From: an uncultured Nitrososphaerota archaeon
GTDB taxonomy: Archaea > Korarchaeota > Korarchaeia > Korarchaeales > Korarchaeaceae
Direction: 5' to 3'
DNA length: 64,000 bases
Assembly (NCBI GenBank): GCA_964618805.1
Contig: CAZUBM010000005.1
Coordinates: forward strand, 1 to 64,000
The notes under the pieces are model-generated. The model saw nothing but the letters and a program-made list of their open reading frames with translations, searched no databases and had not been told where the DNA came from. The translations under genes and the position numbers were made by a program. Every line of letters starts with the position of its first letter. The first letter of the stretch is position 1. This document shows positions 58,083 to 64,000 of this stretch, in pieces.

Positions 58083-58106
58083 GAGAATTATTTCGAAATA
58101 ATTCTC
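58083..58106. repeat. perfect 24-bp palindrome GAGAATTATTTCGAAATAATTCTC
   Basis: Seen directly in the intergenic region. Confidence 0.9.
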
Positions 58107-58164
58107 AGAATCTCCTTTCGATAAAAAGGGGAATACCTTTGAGCTGATGTAGAACGGTGCTCTT

Positions 58165-59136
58165 TTACTTAAGGAAGGAGGATTTTGGTAATTTTATTTT
58201 AAGAAATTTTGTTACAACCATGATAGTTACGATCACGAGCGATAGTACTATCGAAAGCCATGCAAATAGAGAGAAACTTACTTCGTTTAGGTATAATATT
58301 ACTGTATCCTTATTAATTGGAACAAAAAGTATCTCAGCATGCCGTGGAGTTAGTAGTGTGGCCTCAGGATCTGACTTAACGAGTTGTAGAGAGCTATGGG
58401 TCAGATTTACCTTAAGCATTGTAACAGTATCGGATGGAAAAAATTTCACGATTGGTGTTAGATCAATAATAAGATATCCCTCTTCTTTTGACGGCGGAAT
58501 GGATGAAGTCGTTAAGTTCATTGAATAAGTTATGGCATAGAGAGTTTCAGAGACTCTTCTTGCAACAAACGTCAAATTAAGTGATTCTATGAATTCAGCC
58601 GAGCTTTCAACCGTTGCATTTATCATTAGTGTAGTTACGGTAAAATTACCATGAACTACTGATGTTATGTTTACATCTCTAAGCTCTGTTTCTATTCCAT
58701 AGTACACTAGCATGTCCTCCCCATATAAGACTGCAAGTAGGTCAACTATTCTGGACTTAGTGAGCAGGTTTCTAGCCTGATACTCCTTTATAATATCAGG
58801 TCTGACCTCTCTTGGATTTAATCTGGGATATATTACAGCAGTTAGCTCCCCTCTAAGCTTGTCGTCACTTTCACCTCTCTCAATAGATAAGTTACTAACA
58901 TATACTAAATCTGAGGATAGAGGTATCCCTCTGGTAAGATATGAAGCTATTTCCCATGGTCGAATAGGTTTATTCCAAATTCCTCTCAACTCCATCGAAT
59001 TGTCTTCAAGTATTATTAGATCTGCAACATTTTCTCCAAAAGTTAGGGGTTGAGCCTGTGTTTGGAGGAGAAGAATGGTTAGGGAAAATAGGAGTACTGC
59101 AGTCAGTTGTTTTATGGAATTTCCCACATTTATCAC
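58165..59136 (-). CDS. secreted protein with C-terminal membrane anchor
   Basis: Signal peptide, several NxS/T sequons, C-terminal TM plus basic tail. Confidence 0.75.
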   Translation of the reverse strand: MINVGNSIKQLTAVLLFSLTILLLQTQAQPLTFGENVADLIILEDNSMELRGIWNKPIRPWEIASYLTRGIPLSSDLVYVSNLSIERGESDDKLRGELTAVIYPRLNPREVRPDIIKEYQARNLLTKSRIVDLLAVLYGEDMLVYYGIETELRDVNITSVVHGNFTVTTLMINATVESSAEFIESLNLTFVARRVSETLYAITYSMNLTTSSIPPSKEEGYLIIDLTPIVKFFPSDTVTMLKVNLTHSSLQLVKSDPEATLLTPRHAEILFVPINKDTVILYLNEVSFSLFAWLSIVLSLVIVTIMVVTKFLKIKLPKSSFLK

Positions 59137-59212
59137 CTATCCTCTTGCCAGATTCAATTCCATATTAAAAGATAGTTTTGTAAATTTACCTATGTGAATC
59201 CTAAAAAGCACG

Positions 59213-61744
59213 ATGGGAGACTTTGATATCAGTGTTAGAATGAGTCGAGATGCATACTTACTCTCGGTAGATTACGAGGGAAAATCCAAGGCTGCAAGAC
59301 TCAAGTTTTTTGACCCAGAGAAACAAGAGATATTTTTCATGGTTGATTGGACCGGGCACAGACCTTATCTTTTAACGGATGCTCCTCCAGAAAGAATTAA
59401 GGAGATTCTCGGACAAAATCTCATGTCTAGAGTTTGTTCAGTTTCTACAATCAGTAAGTTCAATGTGTTAGAGGACAGAGAGGTAGTGCTGACTAAAATA
59501 GAGGCAAAGGATCCTCTGGCAATAGGTGGATCATCAAACAACATTAGAGAGACGCTTCGATCCCAGGGTTATCGCGTGTGGGAAGCAAACATCAAGTACT
59601 ACAACTGCTACATATATGACACAGAACTGGAACCTGGAGCTCTGTATACGATAGATGGTCCTAACAAGATAGAGGTTTCATGCAGATTTGAGGCCGAAGA
59701 TCAGAGAATAATTGAGCTTCTGTCCGGCGGAAAAGAGGAATTAGAATTTGCAAAGCGTCTTATCCCCCTTCTAAGACAACCAGCTCCTAAATTGAAGATC
59801 TTAGCTTTAGATATAGAAGTAGCGTCTCCAAGGGGAATGATTGCAAGATCAAAAGATGCTAAATGGCCAATAATCTCTGTTTCACTCAGTGGAAACGATG
59901 GGTTAAAAGAGGTCCATATTTTGAGGAGAGGAAGAGCTCCCAAGAAAAGCGAAACTCGACTGGGAGCAAAAATAATAGTTCATGAGCAAGAAGAAGAACT
60001 AATTAAGGAAGTTTTTAGCGTGATTAGATCCTATCCGTTGATTTTAACATTTAATGGTGATGATTTTGATCTTCCTTACCTAGCAGAAAGAGCAAAAGAA
60101 CTTGGAATCGAGTCCAATATAATAAAGAAGGAGAGAGACAAAGTTACTGTAGAGACAGGGGTTCATATAGATCTCTATAAGCTATTCAGAAATTCTTCCA
60201 TCAGAGTATACATATTTAACAACGCCTACATAGGATCTACTCTCGATGAGATAGCAGAAGCGTTATTAAATGAAAGAAAAATAGAAGTGGATAAATCAAA
60301 CATTCCAGAACTCCCTCCTGAACAATTAGCAGAATATTCCTTTCAAGATGCTTATTTAACATTAAAACTAGGTACAATAGATAACAATTCTTTGATTAGA
60401 CTTCTGTTTGTCTTTTCGAGAATCTCAAAACTTACTATAGAGGATGTAGCAAGATATGGTATCTCTAAATGGATTTCGAACATGATATTTTATGAATATC
60501 GAAGGCGTGGTTGGTTAATACCAAACCCTGAAGAGATTCGAATGATTCGAGGAGAAGAAACCTTCAGCAAGGCAGTTATTGAAGGAAAAAAGTATAAGGG
60601 AGCGCTTGTATTAGAACCCGTTCCAGGCCCCCATTTCAATGTTGCTGTACTAGATTTTGCTAGCATGTACCCTAGCATTATTGGAACTTGGAGAATAAGC
60701 TTTGAAACTATAAATTGTCCACATGAAAGTTGTAAAACAAATAGACCAGTTGAAGAGCTTCCTCATTGGGTTTGTAGAAGAGGACTAGGGATAATCCCAG
60801 ATTTAATCAAAACTATAAGAGATCTTAGGGTCAAATGGTATAAGAAGATAGAGAAGGATCCAACAAGAAGCCCCTTGGAAAGAGATTGGTATGGAGCAGT
60901 TCAGAGGGGATTAAAGGTACTTCTTAATGCGTCATACGGAGTCTTTGGCTATGAAAACTTCCCACTATATTCCCCACCAACTGCAGAAATGATCACTGCA
61001 ATAGGAAGGAAGGCAATTCTGTCTTCCATAGAGGAAGCTGAAAAGGCGGGGTTAAGAGTAATCTATGGCGATACGGATAGCTTGTTCATCGAAAATGCCC
61101 CGCAAGAAAAAATTGAGGAGCTGTGTAGGAAGATAAATGAGAAGCTAGGGATAGAATTGGAACTAGACAAGGTTTACAGATATGTTATCCTGTCTGAACT
61201 CAAGAAAAATTATCTTGGAATTCTTGAAGATGGGAGTGTTGAAATAAAGGGCTTGTTGGGGAAGAAGAGAAACATCCCTGCCTTTGTCAGAAGAGCATTT
61301 GAAAATGTGATTTCCATACTTAAGGATGTTAGAAATAAGGAAGATCTTGAAAATGCTAAACAAAGGATATTTGAAGTCATAAGAGGCTGGTGCAAGAAGC
61401 TTGAGAGAGGTGAGTTCTCCCTTCAAGAGGTTGCCTTCGAGGTTATGCTAACTAAGCCTACTAGTGGTTATGTCAAAACTACGCCTCAACACGTAAAGGC
61501 CGCTATGATGCTAGAAAAGAAGAAAGGCATAAGGATTCCGCCTGGAGCTGTCATTTCTTTCGTTAAGACTAAAGATAAGAATGGAGTCAAGCCTGTAGAG
61601 TTTGCAACAAAAGAAGATTTAGATTTAGATAAATATTTGGAGATCATGGAAACTACTTTTGGTCAACTGTTGGGCGCCCTTGGAACTAGCTTTAGAGAAG
61701 TTGTTTCAGGAGTTAGGAGGAGCTCCCTTGTGGATTACTTCTAA
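59213..61744 (+). CDS. polB1: family B DNA polymerase (PolB1 type)
   Basis: YLLSVDYEG N-terminus, DIE, FNGDDFD, DFASMYPS, K..LNASYG, YGDTDS, KKNY. Confidence 0.93.
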   Translation: MGDFDISVRMSRDAYLLSVDYEGKSKAARLKFFDPEKQEIFFMVDWTGHRPYLLTDAPPERIKEILGQNLMSRVCSVSTISKFNVLEDREVVLTKIEAKDPLAIGGSSNNIRETLRSQGYRVWEANIKYYNCYIYDTELEPGALYTIDGPNKIEVSCRFEAEDQRIIELLSGGKEELEFAKRLIPLLRQPAPKLKILALDIEVASPRGMIARSKDAKWPIISVSLSGNDGLKEVHILRRGRAPKKSETRLGAKIIVHEQEEELIKEVFSVIRSYPLILTFNGDDFDLPYLAERAKELGIESNIIKKERDKVTVETGVHIDLYKLFRNSSIRVYIFNNAYIGSTLDEIAEALLNERKIEVDKSNIPELPPEQLAEYSFQDAYLTLKLGTIDNNSLIRLLFVFSRISKLTIEDVARYGISKWISNMIFYEYRRRGWLIPNPEEIRMIRGEETFSKAVIEGKKYKGALVLEPVPGPHFNVAVLDFASMYPSIIGTWRISFETINCPHESCKTNRPVEELPHWVCRRGLGIIPDLIKTIRDLRVKWYKKIEKDPTRSPLERDWYGAVQRGLKVLLNASYGVFGYENFPLYSPPTAEMITAIGRKAILSSIEEAEKAGLRVIYGDTDSLFIENAPQEKIEELCRKINEKLGIELELDKVYRYVILSELKKNYLGILEDGSVEIKGLLGKKRNIPAFVRRAFENVISILKDVRNKEDLENAKQRIFEVIRGWCKKLERGEFSLQEVAFEVMLTKPTSGYVKTTPQHVKAAMMLEKKKGIRIPPGAVISFVKTKDKNGVKPVEFATKEDLDLDKYLEIMETTFGQLLGALGTSFREVVSGVRRSSLVDYF

Positions 61745-63651
61745 TCCTTATGAAGGAATTCACTAAGCTTCTTTCTTACTCTCTTGCTTACTATTGCTCC
61801 ATCGATCTTTCCTCTTACCTCTGCCATAACCCTTCCCATAAGTAAACCGTATGCTCTCTCACCTCTTTCAGAGATTTCTTTGTGGAGTTCAGCTATTTTT
61901 GCATCTATGATCTCATCTAATTGTTTTAAGCTCATATATCTCCTAGAGACGATCTCTGCCAACGAAGAAGCTTTGCTCATAGCTAATTCAGTTAAAACCT
62001 CTGGAACTGCCTCTTTTGCCAATTTTCCATCATTAATATATGCAAATATTTCTTTAAACGTTTCATCTCTAAGGTTTTCTATAGGAACTCCTTCCCTCTT
62101 TAGAGCAGTTAAGGTAGAAGAAAGAGTGGTCGCTATAAAGCTCGGAGAAATATTTGGATAGTTGCTAGCAATTTCCTCAAATAGTTTAAACCTCCAGTTA
62201 TCAAACAGCAGTTCAGCGAGCTCCTGACTCAATCCATAAGAATTTATAAGGCGACTAATAGTTTCTTCAGGATATTCAGGAAGACTTTTAGAGACCTTTT
62301 CTATGATTTCACGAGAATTTATGGGCGGAATATCTGTTTCTGGGTACATTCTCTCTGAACCTGGGAGAGGTCTTGAGAAGGAGGTATTGCCATCCGGTAA
62401 CACTTTTCTAGTTTCTGTTGGTATCTTCTCCAGTGCGAGTCTTGCTCTATCTAAAACTGCATTAAGAGCAAGTCTGGCCACATCCTTAGAAGATAGAACG
62501 AGCACGAATGCATCATGAGGCCCACCACCTAACTTTTCTAGGATTTTTGTTATGACTTCTTCCCTAAGACCATATAACGGAGCTTCATCGGAATGAATTA
62601 TACCTCCAACGCCTCCAAAGACCTTTGCGTAGTCTGATAGCTCAGTTCCAAACCTTCTCCCTGGTTGAATTTCCTTTGCCAGGATTCCTCTCATGGAAGG
62701 AAGCAATAATCCATACGCCTTTTCTCCTCTGTTGAGAGCTTTCCTAATGAAGCCTGTGGAAATCTCTTGAAGCAGATCCGTAACATCTATGATCTCTCCG
62801 TTAAAAGCCTCCTTGTTTAGTCCTCTAGCTCTTAGCTCTTTCATGATCTCCAATAATGAAACTTGCCTTTGGACCTCCCGTTTTATAATTTCTGGTATAG
62901 CATTGAGTTCTTGCACACCTTTCACTTCCTGTCTGGCTCCTTTGGAAATGCTTATGTTGAGATCTTGTCTTATTGTTCCTATTCCTCTCATAACTTTTCC
63001 AGTAGCTCTTAGTAATCTTCCAAGCCTTAAAGCTGCTTCTCTTGCTTGTTCTGGGTGCCAAATATCAGGTTCTGTAGCTATCTCTACTAGGGGTATTCCA
63101 AGTCTATCTAGCTTATATCTAGCTTTGAGTGGCGTGGACTCTACTATAAATGCTGATTCCTCCTCCAAACAAAGGGTTTTTATTCTTACTGGACCATAAG
63201 ACGTTTCAATGTAACTGTTTTTATTGCCAACGGCTATAAGCGCAGTTCTTTGAAAACCGGTAGTATTACTCCCGTCAATCACGATTTTTCTCATAACATG
63301 GATTTCATCAATTATGCTCATCTTTAACATAAGAGCTACTTCTATTGAGATAGCCAAGGCCTCTTTATTGATAGGGAGAGGAGGACATTCGTCTAACTCT
63401 ACCTCACACACGGTATCAGGATAGACTCCGTAAACAAACTCTCTATCCCTTAATTGTTCAAATCTTGCAGCCGGGTCTATTAGCCCAAGTTCACTTCTCG
63501 ATACTCGAAGCCTACGTTTGAACCAAAGAGGAGGATCTTCCTCTCTCAACAATGAAGGACAGTTGCAAAAGAGTTTATGAGTGTTTAATCTCTGATGTAT
63601 TTCTATACCTACTTTCAATCCTAGGGCTTTATAATCAAACATAGGAGACAT
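61741..63651 (-). CDS. gatE: Glu-tRNA(Gln) amidotransferase subunit E
   Basis: GIEIHQ, IDGSNTTGFQRT, GIGTIRQD, RMYPETD. Confidence 0.97.
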   Translation of the reverse strand: MSPMFDYKALGLKVGIEIHQRLNTHKLFCNCPSLLREEDPPLWFKRRLRVSRSELGLIDPAARFEQLRDREFVYGVYPDTVCEVELDECPPLPINKEALAISIEVALMLKMSIIDEIHVMRKIVIDGSNTTGFQRTALIAVGNKNSYIETSYGPVRIKTLCLEEESAFIVESTPLKARYKLDRLGIPLVEIATEPDIWHPEQAREAALRLGRLLRATGKVMRGIGTIRQDLNISISKGARQEVKGVQELNAIPEIIKREVQRQVSLLEIMKELRARGLNKEAFNGEIIDVTDLLQEISTGFIRKALNRGEKAYGLLLPSMRGILAKEIQPGRRFGTELSDYAKVFGGVGGIIHSDEAPLYGLREEVITKILEKLGGGPHDAFVLVLSSKDVARLALNAVLDRARLALEKIPTETRKVLPDGNTSFSRPLPGSERMYPETDIPPINSREIIEKVSKSLPEYPEETISRLINSYGLSQELAELLFDNWRFKLFEEIASNYPNISPSFIATTLSSTLTALKREGVPIENLRDETFKEIFAYINDGKLAKEAVPEVLTELAMSKASSLAEIVSRRYMSLKQLDEIIDAKIAELHKEISERGERAYGLLMGRVMAEVRGKIDGAIVSKRVRKKLSEFLHKD

Positions 63652-64000
63652 CTCCCGGTGGGAAAACCGTTATACTTAGAAAATTGCTGATTTCTCCCCT
63701 TAGATTCTCCTTCATCATCCTCCTGATCTCATTCATGTCAGTTGTTTTCCCTAGAACGTACATTAGCTTGACTAAGGCTACCTCAGGCAACATATCTCCA
63801 ACAGATATTACTCCAGCATCAAGCAAGAGACGTCCAGTTTCATAAACGTTCAAATTCATCCTTCCGAAGAGACACTGTGATGTCATTACAACTGGAATTC
63901 CATCCTTTGTTAGCTCCCTTATCTTAGGAATAAGTCTTGTTGGAACATGCCCAAGACCCGTCCCGGCCAAAACTAGACCTAGGTATCCCTTATCTACGAC
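63635..64000 (-). CDS. gatD: Glu-tRNA(Gln) amidotransferase subunit D, 3' part (truncated by window)
   Basis: GTGLGH, SQCLFGR, VY.TGR, DMLPE.A.VKL, NLRGE. Confidence 0.93.
   Translation of the reverse strand, partial: VVDKGYLGLVLAGTGLGHVPTRLIPKIRELTKDGIPVVMTSQCLFGRMNLNVYETGRLLLDAGVISVGDMLPEVALVKLMYVLGKTTDMNEIRRMMKENLRGEISNFLSITVFPPGDVSYV

Noticed and set aside
58113-58131. Replication origin call
   Set aside because: Single imperfect ORB-like match, no adjacent cdc6; equally explained as a T-tract terminator of the minus-strand gene.
59213-61744. Intein in PolB
   Set aside because: Length and motif spacing are normal; no intein junctions.

Overview
Archaeal chromosomal window, roughly 40% GC by eye. 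Markers (eS26, crenarchaeal-type PolB1, GatDE, free-standing 5S rRNA, AMP phosphorylase) point to the TACK group, possibly Korarchaeota (inference). It is mostly housekeeping: MoaC, CoaD, Prs, Tmk, Udp, AspRS, IleRS, pelota, DnaG, a GGPP synthase, GcvT, a five-gene fragment of the S10/spc ribosomal cluster, PolB1 and GatDE. It also has a Tad/type IV pilus-like locus at the left edge, a BMP-type nucleoside ABC transporter, and a decayed integrated island at about 50.4-54.75 kb. Several elements are missing from the ORF track: two box C/D guide RNAs whose D guides match conserved 23S sites (E. coli-equivalent A2577 and C1920), a probable H/ACA RNA upstream of dnaG, a 33-aa membrane micro-ORF in the pilus locus, a GDT1/UPF0016 gene with an in-frame TAG, two homopolymer frameshifts and an integrase remnant. 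Unusual proteins include a single-chain swivel+catalytic aconitase X (probable fused phosphomevalonate dehydratase), an RDD-SpoIIM fusion, and several intact ORFs that have lost catalytic motifs, one of them a TtuA paralog that resembles eukaryotic Ctu2/Ncs2 in design. All family calls come from motif recognition, not database searches.
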